Shown in pieces: positions 46,921-56,673 of a stretch of DNA of 64,000 nt (its first letter is position 1; each line of letters opens with the position of its first letter). The stretch spans positions 32,001 to 96,000 of the forward strand of contig JAZDCZ010000180.1 in the NCBI GenBank assembly GCA_036679605.1. Reading direction: 5' to 3'. The position numbers and the translations under genes were made by a program. This DNA comes from Gemmatimonadota bacterium (GTDB lineage: Bacteria > Gemmatimonadota > Gemmatimonadetes > Gemmatimonadales > GWC2-71-9). The notes below the pieces were generated by a model. It had not been told where the DNA came from. It was given only the letters and a program-made list of their open reading frames with translations, and did no database searches.

Positions 46921-48078
46921 CGTCTACCGCCCGCCGACACCCGTGCGCCGCCAATGTTAATGAGGACTCCTGTAGCGACCAGCGAAACGATGAGGTTGGA
47001 TCGCCCATACGACAAGAACGGAAGCGGCAGTCCGGTCGTGGGGACCAGCGATAGTGTCACAGCGACGTGAAGTATCGCAGTAACTCCGATCAGTGACGTC
47101 AGGCCTGCAGCGAGACGTCAGGCCTGCAGCGAGGAGCATTCCGAACCGGTCGGGCGCAGTCCGCGCGATTCTGAACCCCAGAACGATGAAAAACGCATAA
47201 AGCAGAATTGTGAGAGTAGCTCCCATGAACCCCCACTCTTCACCTATCGTGCTGAAAATGAAATCCGAGTAGGCGTACGGCAAATAACCGAGCTTCTGAA
47301 GCCCCTGTCCGAATCCGACGCCAAAGAACCCCCCCGCGCCGATACCTATCAACGACTGCTTGATCTGCCATCCCGCATCCGCAAGTTCGTTTCCTTGGCC
47401 GAGAAACGAGAAGATCCGCTGAACCCTGTACTGTGCCCCCGCGATCTCATGCCAAAGAAGCGGCACAGCAAATACTGAAATCAGCAGGAAATGACCGATC
47501 CGCGCACCGGCACTGAACACGATGATCGCTGCCAGAAGCACGGACAGACTCGCGGTCGAAAGGTCGGGCTCGAGAAGTATCAACCCGGCAACGGGCGCCA
47601 GTACAACTATGAAGGGCAGAAGACCTTTCTTGAAACTGCGAATTGTATTCCCTTTTTTGCTGGCAAGCATCGCGACCCACACAACGATGGCGAATTTCGC
47701 GAATTCCGACGGTTGAAGCGTAACGGGACCGAGCGACACCCAGCGTCTGGCCCCATTTGCTTCAGGCGAAATACTCTGGGTAAATGGAAGTACTGGGATT
47801 ATCAGCAACACTACGACCGCGGCCAGCACCGCCCAAGCGTGCTCCCGCCAAAACCGGTAATCCATGCGAGACGCAACCCGAAGAGCCACGATTCCCACCA
47901 GTGCTCCGACGAACTGCCGCGATGCGAACACCCCGCCACGTTGCCCGTTCTCCACGGCCCAGATTCCCGAGGCACTATAGACTGCGGCGATCCCAAAAAC
48001 TGTCAACGCTACCGCGATTATTCCGACCATTCGCGATTCCCAGATCACCCCCGTTTCACCGCGAGTCGCCGGACTCAT
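46917..48078 (-). pseudogene. ftsW: FtsW (SEDS), frameshifted as written by a 19-nt duplication; probably intact in vivo
   Basis: NGARRW, QPSEFAK, EPDL, SDFIFS..EEWG. Removing one repeat copy restores LTSLIGVTAILHVAVTLSLVPTTGLPLPFLSYGRS..* with TGA overlapping the murG TTG. Confidence 0.9.
47095..47132. repeat. perfect 2 x 19-nt tandem duplication GACGTCAGGCCTGCAGCGA
   Basis: Identical copies at 47095-47113 and 47114-47132. Confidence 0.97.
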
Positions 48079-49421
48079 TTTGCCTTTGCCAGTTGGCGAA
48101 ACGATTCCCCTCTGTGCTCATAGTTGGCGAACTGATCGAAGCTCGAACATCCGGGTGAAAGCAGGACTGCCTCACCATTTCGTACCATAGCCCGGGCACA
48201 GTGAACGGCTTCTTCAAAGTTGAGCACAGACCTCACTGTCACATATTGCCCTATCTGTTCCTCGATGGTCGAGCGAGCCTCACCGTAGGCAGCGACTCCC
48301 GTGCACTGCTGGCGGAGCAATTCACCTAGTCGCACAAAAGACTCCCCCTTGGGCCTGCCTCCCGCCACTAGCGAGAAGCGCCGATCCATCGCAGCAAGTG
48401 CGACCGAGACAGACGCGACGTTGGTAGCCTTTGAATCGTTGATCCACGTGACACCCCCCACGACGGAGATCGGTTCAAGCCTGTGTGGCAGCGGAGCAAA
48501 CGAACGCAGGCCGCGAGCTATCGCGGAGCGCTCCACTCCTACAGCGCTTGCAGCCAGCGCTGCGGCGAGCGCGTTGGACACGTTGTGGTCACCCATTAGC
48601 GCAAGGTGATTCCGCTCCAGGAGGTTGTCCTTCTCCAATTCGAGGCACTTTCTGATGTCGTCGTACCAGGCATCGGCTTGTTGCTCCAAGCTCCAAAGTC
48701 TACGCTGGCCAGGAACCCCTTCTACAAGCGAGAGCACTTCCGGGTCGTCACCGTTCAAGATCCAGGTGGAATCTTCCGACGCCTTATGAAACAGGCGCCG
48801 CTTGTCATCATAGTACTCGGCGGCAGATGCATAGCGATCGAGATGATCGGGAGACAGGTTAGTCACGACCCCGATTCGCGGTCTCAGATGACGTGCGTCA
48901 TGTAGTTGGAATGACGAGGCCTCGACAACGACCCACTCAGGCCGCACTCCGGCTTCGGCAATCTCTATGAGCGGACGTCCGATATTGCCGGCGACTTCCG
49001 CAAACACTCCGCCCTCGGTGAGTATGCGCTGGATCAGCGCTGTAGTGGTTGTCTTACCGTTCGTTCCCGTAACGACAATGAGATTCGTGTCATCCAAGAA
49101 CATCGCAGCGAGATCCAGCTCGGCAAATATCTCGACCCCAGCACCACGCGCGGCAACGAGCGGTGCCGCATCCAACGGAACCCCGGGCGAGCAAACTACC
49201 AGCGCCGCATTCCGGATGCGCTGCAAGTCATGACCGCCCAACTCCACCGTGACCCTCGGATCGGTGACGCTTTCTGCGGCCGCACTTTGCTGGGCGGAGC
49301 TAGCGCTATCCGACGCATAGATTGAAAGTCCCCGCTTGGAAAGAAATCTTGTTGCGGCAGCACCGCTCCTGCCCAGTCCAATAATCGCTATCTCACCCTG
49401 GCGCCAGTCGTCCGGGATCAT
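48075..49421 (-). CDS. murD: UDP-N-acetylmuramoyl-L-alanine--D-glutamate ligase
   Basis: GLGRSG, SPGVP, TGTNGKTTT, EASSFQL, DHLDRY, NDSKATN, LSPGCSSFDQF; start ATG 49421. Confidence 0.96.
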   Translation of the reverse strand: MIPDDWRQGEIAIIGLGRSGAAATRFLSKRGLSIYASDSASSAQQSAAAESVTDPRVTVELGGHDLQRIRNAALVVCSPGVPLDAAPLVAARGAGVEIFAELDLAAMFLDDTNLIVVTGTNGKTTTTALIQRILTEGGVFAEVAGNIGRPLIEIAEAGVRPEWVVVEASSFQLHDARHLRPRIGVVTNLSPDHLDRYASAAEYYDDKRRLFHKASEDSTWILNGDDPEVLSLVEGVPGQRRLWSLEQQADAWYDDIRKCLELEKDNLLERNHLALMGDHNVSNALAAALAASAVGVERSAIARGLRSFAPLPHRLEPISVVGGVTWINDSKATNVASVSVALAAMDRRFSLVAGGRPKGESFVRLGELLRQQCTGVAAYGEARSTIEEQIGQYVTVRSVLNFEEAVHCARAMVRNGEAVLLSPGCSSFDQFANYEHRGESFRQLAKAK

Positions 49422-50539
49422 CGAAATTTCAGCGTCCACAGTGCCACAAGAGCACAAAGAACTCCGATGATATAGAACCTGGTGACGATCTTCGGCTCGG
49501 GCCACCCAAGTTTTTCGAAATGATGGTGGAGTGGGGCCATCCTAAAGACTCTGTGTTGGCTGGCGTACTCTCGACCATGACGATGCACCCGCCAGCGGAA
49601 CACCCCGGCCTGTACGATCACGGATACCGTTTCTGCGACAAACACGCCCCCGATCAAAAGCAGCAAGAACTCCGCCTTGAGCAGGATGGCGACAGCACCA
49701 AAGGCTCCGCCAATCGCCAGGCTGCCTGTATCTCCCATGAAGACTTGAGACGGGTGGGCGTTGTACCACAGAAATCCCAAGGCAGCACCCATGAGGCTTG
49801 CGCAGAAGATTGTCAGTTCACCTGAGTCACGCATGTAGTAGACGAACAAATACCTTGCGGCGTCGCTCCGACCGAATATGTAGGCAAATATTGCAAAAGC
49901 GGCGGCCGCAATCACCGTGAGCCCTGTAGCTAAGCCGTCCAATCCATCGGTCAAGTTTACGGCATTGCTCGTTCCAGTCACGACCAGCGTTACGAAACCT
50001 ACGTACGCGAAGTAGGGCAGCAACACAACGACGTTCTTGAAGAAAGGAAGGGTGGTGGCATTGGCGGGCAGCGTGTCCGCCACTGGCCAGATCAGCAGAT
50101 ACGCTCCCAACGCGATGCCAAACGTCACTTGCCCGACCAACTTGTAGCGGGCCACCAGCCCACGTGACTTTCCGTGCACGAACTTGAGATAGTCGTCGAC
50201 GAACCCGATTCCCCCCATCCACAATGTCGCTACCGCCGCTACCAACACGTAGCGATTATCCAAGCGCGCCCAAAGCAAAGTAGGAATCAACGTGCACACC
50301 AAGATTATCAACCCGCCCATGGTAGGGGTTCCGCGCTTTGACTGATGTGAAGCAGGCCCCTCGGCGCGTATGATCTGACCCACCCCTCTTGCCTGCAATT
50401 GCCGGATGATCACCGGGCCGATCACAAACGCCAGCAAGACAGCGGTGACCATAGCACCCGCTGCACGGAACGAGATGTAGTTGAACACATTGAACACGAA
50501 CCACCTCGAGTCCAACGGTGTCAGGAAATGGTAGAACAC
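49418..50539 (-). CDS. mraY: phospho-N-acetylmuramoyl-pentapeptide transferase
   Basis: GTPTMGG, GFVDDY, NAVNLTDGLDGLA, FMGDTGS, MAPLHHHFE. Confidence 0.98.
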   Translation of the reverse strand: MFYHFLTPLDSRWFVFNVFNYISFRAAGAMVTAVLLAFVIGPVIIRQLQARGVGQIIRAEGPASHQSKRGTPTMGGLIILVCTLIPTLLWARLDNRYVLVAAVATLWMGGIGFVDDYLKFVHGKSRGLVARYKLVGQVTFGIALGAYLLIWPVADTLPANATTLPFFKNVVVLLPYFAYVGFVTLVVTGTSNAVNLTDGLDGLATGLTVIAAAAFAIFAYIFGRSDAARYLFVYYMRDSGELTIFCASLMGAALGFLWYNAHPSQVFMGDTGSLAIGGAFGAVAILLKAEFLLLLIGGVFVAETVSVIVQAGVFRWRVHRHGREYASQHRVFRMAPLHHHFEKLGWPEPKIVTRFYIIGVLCALVALWTLKFR

Positions 50540-51885
50540 GGAGTCCCGTCTTTTGGGGTTAAGTATGGAATGACTCGCTCCAGGTGCACTCCCCTGGACC
50601 CTTTGACCAACACAACAGCGTTGGGTTCTATTCGTTCTGCAACCATCCGACCGAGCGCCTCCGGATCGTTCTCCGTTACCAAGCGATCTCCCAATTCCGC
50701 CCCATGCCTCACAAATGCGGCGACGAAATCGCCCGAGGCAGCTATCAGTTGAGGGCCAACCTTCAGCACCACCTCGGCCATCTTCGCGTGGAGCGCGACG
50801 CTCTCGTGACCCAGCTCCAGCATAGTACCTAGGACAACCACCAGAGGGGCATCGCCACGCAAAGCGGATGCTGTCTCGAGGGACGCCATCAGAGAGCTTG
50901 GATTAGAGTTGTAACAGTCCTTTAGGATGGTAAGATCTCCGCATCTTATGACCTCACATCTGCCCGATGGAACGCTCAGCGCCGCAAGAGCTGTCGCGAC
51001 CTCACTGATATCAAGATCCAGCATGACAGCCCCACCTATCGCCAGCATAGCGTTCTCCACCTGGTGCCTTCCTACAAGAGGCAAATCGAATCTTGCGCCA
51101 TGATAGGTCAGCCGACCCTGGCCATCCGAGTTCACTGACCACTGATCCGGTCTTACCTCTGCGTCCGCACCAGTGCCCGCCACCAAGGCCCGATCTGCAC
51201 GTGACCTAGCCAGTAGCCCTAGATCCGATGGTTCGGTGCCAACAACGGCCATTGGCGTTCCGTCCAAGAGCGAGACCTTCTCTTCGAGAGCCACGGCTAC
51301 GGATCCAAAACCCTCGAGGTGTCCAGCAGACACATTCGTCACTACGCCCAACGACGGTTCCAAAACATCGCGCAACTTCGCTACTTCTCCAGGTAAGTTG
51401 GCACCGACTTCCACGACGAGGGCCTCGCACTCCGGCGGAGCCGCCAGAATCGTCAGCGGCACACCAACTAGGTTGTTCTCGTTTTCGTGCGTACCGTGCA
51501 CAGCCCATCGGGTAGATAGGGCACGGATGAACATTTCCTTGGTAGAGGTCTTGCCGTTAGTTCCTGTGATCCCTACTACCGGCCCCTGCACCATCCTTCT
51601 CCGCTGGCGCGCTAGGGAACCCAGTGCGTCGAGAGTGTCGGGAACTTCGAAATATCGGAGTTCCGAAATCGGCGTGGTTCCCCTGCGCACGACTGCCGCC
51701 GCGGCACCTGCATCTAGTGCATCCTTGAGAAAATCGTGGCCATCGAACCGATCTCCCACCAACGCCACAAACAGTGATCCCGACGTCAGGGTGCGCGTGT
51801 CGGTCACTATACCCGTAAAGGGCATGGAAGACTCGCAAGGCAGATCCAGAGCGCTCGATACTCTGTCTGACGTCCAGATCGTCAC
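50521..51885 (-). CDS. murF: UDP-MurNAc-tripeptide--D-Ala-D-Ala ligase
   Basis: TDTR, FDGHDF, TGTNGKTSTKE, DCYNSNP, MLELG, VKGSRG. Confidence 0.95.
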   Translation of the reverse strand: MTIWTSDRVSSALDLPCESSMPFTGIVTDTRTLTSGSLFVALVGDRFDGHDFLKDALDAGAAAAVVRRGTTPISELRYFEVPDTLDALGSLARQRRRMVQGPVVGITGTNGKTSTKEMFIRALSTRWAVHGTHENENNLVGVPLTILAAPPECEALVVEVGANLPGEVAKLRDVLEPSLGVVTNVSAGHLEGFGSVAVALEEKVSLLDGTPMAVVGTEPSDLGLLARSRADRALVAGTGADAEVRPDQWSVNSDGQGRLTYHGARFDLPLVGRHQVENAMLAIGGAVMLDLDISEVATALAALSVPSGRCEVIRCGDLTILKDCYNSNPSSLMASLETASALRGDAPLVVVLGTMLELGHESVALHAKMAEVVLKVGPQLIAASGDFVAAFVRHGAELGDRLVTENDPEALGRMVAERIEPNAVVLVKGSRGVHLERVIPYLTPKDGTPCSTIS

Positions 51886-53345
51886 GCCAAACCTAGATCC
51901 CTTACCGCCTCGGCAACTACCGACTTCTCATCAAACCAGAGTTTTTCGGTGCCCACTATTTGGTAGGTCTCGGGCCCTTTGCCTGCCAGAAGCAAGCAGT
52001 CACCGTCTTGCAACATCGAAACTGCGTGGCGGATGGCGTCTTCTCTGTCGAGAAGTCTAGCGTCGGCACTTCGCCCCATTCCCTCCTCGATCTGATCGAG
52101 GATCGACTCCGGATCTTCTGTCCGAGGGTTATCAGAGGTTATGATGACGACATCAGCTTCGCGAGCAGCAATGCCACCCATTTCGGATCGCTTGGTCGGG
52201 TCCCTATCGCCTCCCGCTCCAAACAGTAGGAACAGACGCCCAGGCGTCAGGGGCCGAAGCGCCGCGAGGGCCCGCTCGAAGCCATCTGGAGTGTGCGCGT
52301 AGTCACGCAGGACTGTACAACGCCCCGAGAACAGCCGTTCCATGCGGCCAGGTACTGCGGGAGCACTGGCCATGCGTTCTGCAATTTTGCCGGGCTCTAC
52401 ACCAAACCACCAAGCCGTGGCCGCCGCCGCCAGGGCATTGCTCACATTGTAGTCACCCAGTAACGGTAACTCGACACGCAACTCCTCGCCCTCAAAGCTG
52501 AACACGCTTTGAGATCCCGCAGAACCGTACTCGACATCCTTTGCGGTCACGGTGGCATCATTAGTCAACCCATACGTCGCTCGTCTAACGTCGTCCCTCA
52601 CAGGTAACCCGAGCCATGCGGGGTCGTCTGCGTTCACGACCTCGAGACCGCCGCTTTCGAGGTGGCGGGATAGCCTCATCTTGGTGGCCCCGTAGGAAGC
52701 CATGTCGGCATGATACTCGAGATGTTCGTGAGTGAGGTTGGTGTACGCGACCGCGCGGAAAGCGATCGCGTCGATTCGATGTTGGTCCAATCCGTGCGAT
52801 GACACCTCCATCACAACCGTCGAAACCTGCAGTTCCAGAAGTTCTGCTAGGATTCGCTGGAGTTCTACGGCTCCAGGTGTGGTGAGCGCGTGGTATCCCT
52901 CCAATTTCGTCCCGTGTCCGTCGAAAACTCCTACCGTGCCAATCGAGCCTACTGACGATTCGGGATTAAGAAGATGGCGGATGAGCGCCACCGTGGTGGA
53001 TTTGCCGTTGGTTCCCGTAACTCCGACAATCTCCATGCGATCGGCTGGGTGACCGTACCACTCTTTCGCAGCCACTGCTGCAGCGGCCCTCCCGTCGCTG
53101 ACCACAAGCTGCGGCATCGATACTTCGCATGGCTTGCTGACCAAAGCTGCGGCAGCTCCACGTTGGGCGGCGTCTACCAGATAGTCATGACCGTCCTGAG
53201 CGGTTCCTTCAACCGCACAGAATAGTGACCCTTCTGACACTCCACGTGAATCATCGGTCACGCCTTTGATCACCGCGTTGCATTCCGGGGCTGCTACCAA
53301 CAGACCGGCCCGCCTAAGCTCCTCCGCAAGAGCACCTAATTCCAC
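51882..53345 (-). CDS. murE: UDP-MurNAc-dipeptide--meso-DAP ligase
   Basis: TGTNGKST, TTP, MEVSSH, DYAHTPDG, DNPR (meso-DAP specificity motif), AGKG. Confidence 0.96.
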   Translation of the reverse strand: MELGALAEELRRAGLLVAAPECNAVIKGVTDDSRGVSEGSLFCAVEGTAQDGHDYLVDAAQRGAAAALVSKPCEVSMPQLVVSDGRAAAAVAAKEWYGHPADRMEIVGVTGTNGKSTTVALIRHLLNPESSVGSIGTVGVFDGHGTKLEGYHALTTPGAVELQRILAELLELQVSTVVMEVSSHGLDQHRIDAIAFRAVAYTNLTHEHLEYHADMASYGATKMRLSRHLESGGLEVVNADDPAWLGLPVRDDVRRATYGLTNDATVTAKDVEYGSAGSQSVFSFEGEELRVELPLLGDYNVSNALAAAATAWWFGVEPGKIAERMASAPAVPGRMERLFSGRCTVLRDYAHTPDGFERALAALRPLTPGRLFLLFGAGGDRDPTKRSEMGGIAAREADVVIITSDNPRTEDPESILDQIEEGMGRSADARLLDREDAIRHAVSMLQDGDCLLLAGKGPETYQIVGTEKLWFDEKSVVAEAVRDLGLA

Positions 53346-55273
53346 GTCGACGGGGCCTTCTTGTCGCGGCCTACCACTTCTATGACCGTACCAGGTGGGA
53401 CCTCCGAACCCGCAGGAGGATCGCTCGTCACGATGGGTCCCCAGCCGGTAAGCCGCAATCTTAGGCCCTCCTTGTGAAGGAGCCGTGCAGCAGCTCTAGC
53501 TGTTAGCCCGATAACGTCCGGCACACGGCGATCCGGCAGCGAATCTGTGTCACCGTTCAATGGCCACTGCATTATGTAAGGCTTTGATCTGCTCAGTTCG
53601 CTCGTGGTCGGCTCAACCGACTGATTCGGGCGAGACAAACCGCGACGGTCGAGTACACCCGTCTCGGCAGCGATAACTTGTTCGAGCACGAGCCGAGTGA
53701 GTGGTGCTGCGGTGACCCTAGCATACGCACCCTTGGGATCGTCCAGCTTGACAACCATGACTAGCTGCGGCCGATCTGCGGGAAAGAGTGAAGTGAAGCT
53801 CGCGATATACGAGCCAGGGATGTACCCTCCGGGGCCCGCCCGCTTAGCAGTCCCGGTCTTGCCACCGACTTCGTAGCTTGTCAACGCCGCCGTCTCGCCA
53901 GTGCCTCCCTTGTATACGACCCCGCGCAGAGCCGCCCGTAGCTCGCTGGCAACGGCGGGAGAAATAACTCGCCTAACAGGTTCCGGAACGTGACTGTAAA
54001 CGACTTTCCCATCTTGATCGCGGATTTCCTTAACCAGAGTGGGTTTGACGAGCACGCCGTCATTGGCTATGACGGCGTAAGCCTGCGCCAGTTGCAACGG
54101 AGTCAGCGCTACTTCATAGCCCATCGCCAAACTTGCTGACGTGAGCGCGCTCCAAGTGTCCGGGTGATGGAGAATGCCCTTGGACTCACTTGGATACTCC
54201 ACACCAGTCGGCGTGCCGAAACCAAAATTGCGTAGCATCGTGAAGTGCTGTACTGGAGATAGTAACTGTGCAAACTTTACGATGCCGATGTTGCTCGATT
54301 GTTCGATCACCTGTCGTAGTGATAGCCTGTCGTTGGGGTGCTCGTCCCTAATCGTCCTATGCTCCATCACGTAGGTGCCGCCTTCCGTATCTACCGAGTC
54401 ATCGAGCTTGGCGAGCCCATTTGCCAGAAGTGCGGCTGCAACGAGCACCTTTGCCGTCGAACCTGGCTCGAAGATAGCGGTAAACACGTCACTGCGACCC
54501 CTTCCCTCCACAGTGAGCGATGCAACGGCCAGGATCTCCCCTGTGTGCGGATTGAGTACCACCACATCACCGGCGGCGGCGTCCATCTCCTGGAGGGCGG
54601 CGGCCAGGGCGTCCTCGACTATCTCCTGTAGGCCGGCGTCCAACGTCAGGTACACGTCACTGCCCTGTACCGGAAATGCGTCGAGTCTCGCAGGTGATTC
54701 GTAGCGGCGACCGCTGCGGTCCCTCAGCACCACTGCCCTGCCAGGTACTCCCGTCAGGACGGAATCGAGCGTCCTCTCTACTCCACTTGCCCGCCGGCCC
54801 TGAGTGGCTGGCCGACCCAAAATTGGGCGAGCCAGATCTGAAGCCGGATAGAAACGCACCAACTCACTCGATAGGTGGACCCCCCTCACCTTGTTCAACC
54901 CTTCAACGCGTGCTGACGAGAACGGACCGTGGAAATAGGCATAGCGCCGCTTCAGTTGCCGCAGAACCGCGGTGCGGGGAAGGTCGAGTCGTCGCGCGAT
55001 TTCGGCTGCATCGCGCTCTAGATGACGTAGCTCGTTTGGCGCCACCCCAACGTGGTAATTTTGTATGGTGAGAGCCAGCGCCAGACCATTGCGATCGTAA
55101 ATTGTCCCGCGCCGTGCCGGCAGCACGACTCGCTCCGTCTGCTGAGCTGCCGCTGCCTCGGCGTAGCGCTGACCATCCATGAGCTGGACCTGGGCGACGC
55201 GCGCGATGAGCGCGGCTGTTGCAACAACAAAGGCTGCAAGCACTGCGGTCAGACGAACCTTTGGTTTGGCCAT
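53336..55273 (-). CDS. ftsI: class B penicillin-binding protein with C-terminal PASTA domain (FtsI)
   Basis: RGTIYDRNG, EPGSTAK (SxxK), SSN, KTGTA, VPDVIGL; start set to ATG 55273. Confidence 0.92.
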   Translation of the reverse strand: MAKPKVRLTAVLAAFVVATAALIARVAQVQLMDGQRYAEAAAAQQTERVVLPARRGTIYDRNGLALALTIQNYHVGVAPNELRHLERDAAEIARRLDLPRTAVLRQLKRRYAYFHGPFSSARVEGLNKVRGVHLSSELVRFYPASDLARPILGRPATQGRRASGVERTLDSVLTGVPGRAVVLRDRSGRRYESPARLDAFPVQGSDVYLTLDAGLQEIVEDALAAALQEMDAAAGDVVVLNPHTGEILAVASLTVEGRGRSDVFTAIFEPGSTAKVLVAAALLANGLAKLDDSVDTEGGTYVMEHRTIRDEHPNDRLSLRQVIEQSSNIGIVKFAQLLSPVQHFTMLRNFGFGTPTGVEYPSESKGILHHPDTWSALTSASLAMGYEVALTPLQLAQAYAVIANDGVLVKPTLVKEIRDQDGKVVYSHVPEPVRRVISPAVASELRAALRGVVYKGGTGETAALTSYEVGGKTGTAKRAGPGGYIPGSYIASFTSLFPADRPQLVMVVKLDDPKGAYARVTAAPLTRLVLEQVIAAETGVLDRRGLSRPNQSVEPTTSELSRSKPYIMQWPLNGDTDSLPDRRVPDVIGLTARAAARLLHKEGLRLRLTGWGPIVTSDPPAGSEVPPGTVIEVVGRDKKAPSTWN

Positions 55274-55274
55274 C

Positions 55275-55562
55275 TCAGCGTCCCTCACGGATAGGAGCTT
55301 GCAGGATGACGATTTCGCTGTCGGCAGACAAGCGTAGTCCCAGAGATTCCGCCCGCGGAATCAGGATGGCCCGACTCCCCGCCTGGCGTACCCTTCGGGA
55401 AAGCTCGGCGCGCCGCGACTGGAGTATCGATCGCCGACTGCGCAGATCTTCTAGCCGACCCGCTTCCGCGAACCCGGATGTGTCACGCCAAACGACCCAC
55501 GCGAATATCGCGAGCCCGAACAACAACCATGCGCCCACCCAAATGCGCCCCTTAACACGCAT
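55275..55562 (-). CDS. ftsL: FtsL-like cell division protein
   Basis: One TM helix plus coiled coil, ends AESLGL, lies between rsmH and ftsI. Confidence 0.65.
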   Translation of the reverse strand: MRVKGRIWVGAWLLFGLAIFAWVVWRDTSGFAEAGRLEDLRSRRSILQSRRAELSRRVRQAGSRAILIPRAESLGLRLSADSEIVILQAPIREGR

Positions 55563-56460
55563 CGCTTTTTACGAACACCCTAAGCTTGGCACTGCGTGCC
55601 CGGGAATTATTGGCAATCTCGTCGTCCGTTGGCTGTATCGGTTTTTTCGGTTCCATCCTACCGAGGGCTCGGCCACGGCACGTGCACACTGGCAATCCGG
55701 GCTTGCAAATGCAACTCCTCGCCCACTCCTGAAAGTGCCTTTTGACGACACGATCCTCACCAGAATGATAGCTAATAACCGCCACGGCCCCACCCTGTAC
55801 CAGGGCGTCCTGCACCACTGGCAACGACTTCTGCAGAGACTCTATCTCCGAGTTCACCGCAATTCTAAGTGCCTGGAAAATCCGAGCAAAATCGGACGGA
55901 CCGCTTCTGGAGCCCAGAACAGATCGAATGGTGTTCACGAGATCATCGCTGATGCGAAATGTTGACCTTTGCCTTCGCCGCGCTACGGCAGCAGCCAACC
56001 TTCTCGCTCTTCTCTCATCTGCACCTTCGGCAAAAATGCTGGCCAAACTCTTCTGTGGAAGATCGTTGAGCAAGTCTGCGGCGCTCTTGTCCCCGCTTCC
56101 CATGCGCATATCCAGCGGGACGTCGGGTCTGAATGAAAATCCTCGTTCATCGCTGTCGAGCTGACGCCCGGATACTCCAAGGTCGAACAGAACAAGATCG
56201 GGGCGGAATGCACGGATGGCCTCTAGAGCCTCTTGATCCACAAAGCTCCGATTGAGCCAACGAACATGGTCTCCCGGAACTACCCGGCGAGCCGTCTCAA
56301 GAGCCTCGGGATCGCGGTCTATGGCCAGCAGATCGCCGCCGCCGCGCAACAGAACGGTCGCGTGTCCGCCTCCACCTACGGTGCAGTCAACGAACCTGCG
56401 CCGGTTTCGCGCGAGCTTCGCAATTTCGTCCGTCAGAACTGGAATATGGTAGGCAGCCAC
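55552..56460 (-). CDS. rsmH: 16S rRNA m4C1402 methyltransferase
   Basis: HIPVL, DCTVGGGGH, DLGVS, RGFSF..PLDMRM, FQALRIAVN, SYHSGEDR, RARSAKLR; start set to GTG 56460. Confidence 0.96.
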   Translation of the reverse strand: MAAYHIPVLTDEIAKLARNRRRFVDCTVGGGGHATVLLRGGGDLLAIDRDPEALETARRVVPGDHVRWLNRSFVDQEALEAIRAFRPDLVLFDLGVSGRQLDSDERGFSFRPDVPLDMRMGSGDKSAADLLNDLPQKSLASIFAEGADERRARRLAAAVARRRQRSTFRISDDLVNTIRSVLGSRSGPSDFARIFQALRIAVNSEIESLQKSLPVVQDALVQGGAVAVISYHSGEDRVVKRHFQEWARSCICKPGLPVCTCRGRALGRMEPKKPIQPTDDEIANNSRARSAKLRVFVKSDAC

Positions 56461-56475
56461 CGTCTTTGCCGACAA

Positions 56476-56511
56476 ATCACGAAAGCCCCGCGTGCTCAAG
56501 CATGCGGGGCT
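56476..56511 (-). terminator. GC-rich hairpin with weak U tail between tRNA-Asp and rsmH
   Basis: - strand AGCCCCGCATGCT-TG-AGCACGCGGGGCT followed by TTCGTGATTT. Confidence 0.5.
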
Positions 56512-56540
56512 AGAATTATGCGGCGTTCGTGTGATAGTCA

Positions 56541-56614
56541 CGGGGCTGACGGGACTCGAACCCGCGGCCTCCGGTGTGACAGACCGGCACTCTAACCAGC
56601 TGAGCTACAACCCC
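56541..56614 (-). tRNA. tRNA-Asp(GTC)
   Basis: GGGGTTGTAGCTCAGCTGGTTAGAGTGCCGGTCTGTCACACCGGAGGCCGCGGGTTCGAGTCCCGTCAGCCCCG folds as a cloverleaf; CCA not encoded. Confidence 0.97.
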
Positions 56615-56632
56615 AAACGTTCATAGCCTTGT

Positions 56633-56661
56633 AATCTAGATACGGCAGGAACTCGATTCAA
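56633..56661 (-). promoter_or_regulatory. sigma70-type promoter of tRNA-Asp (possibly also of the dcw cluster)
   Basis: TTGAAT(56661-56)-17-TAGATT(56638-33). Confidence 0.6.
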
Positions 56662-56673
56662 GCGGCGTCGGGT

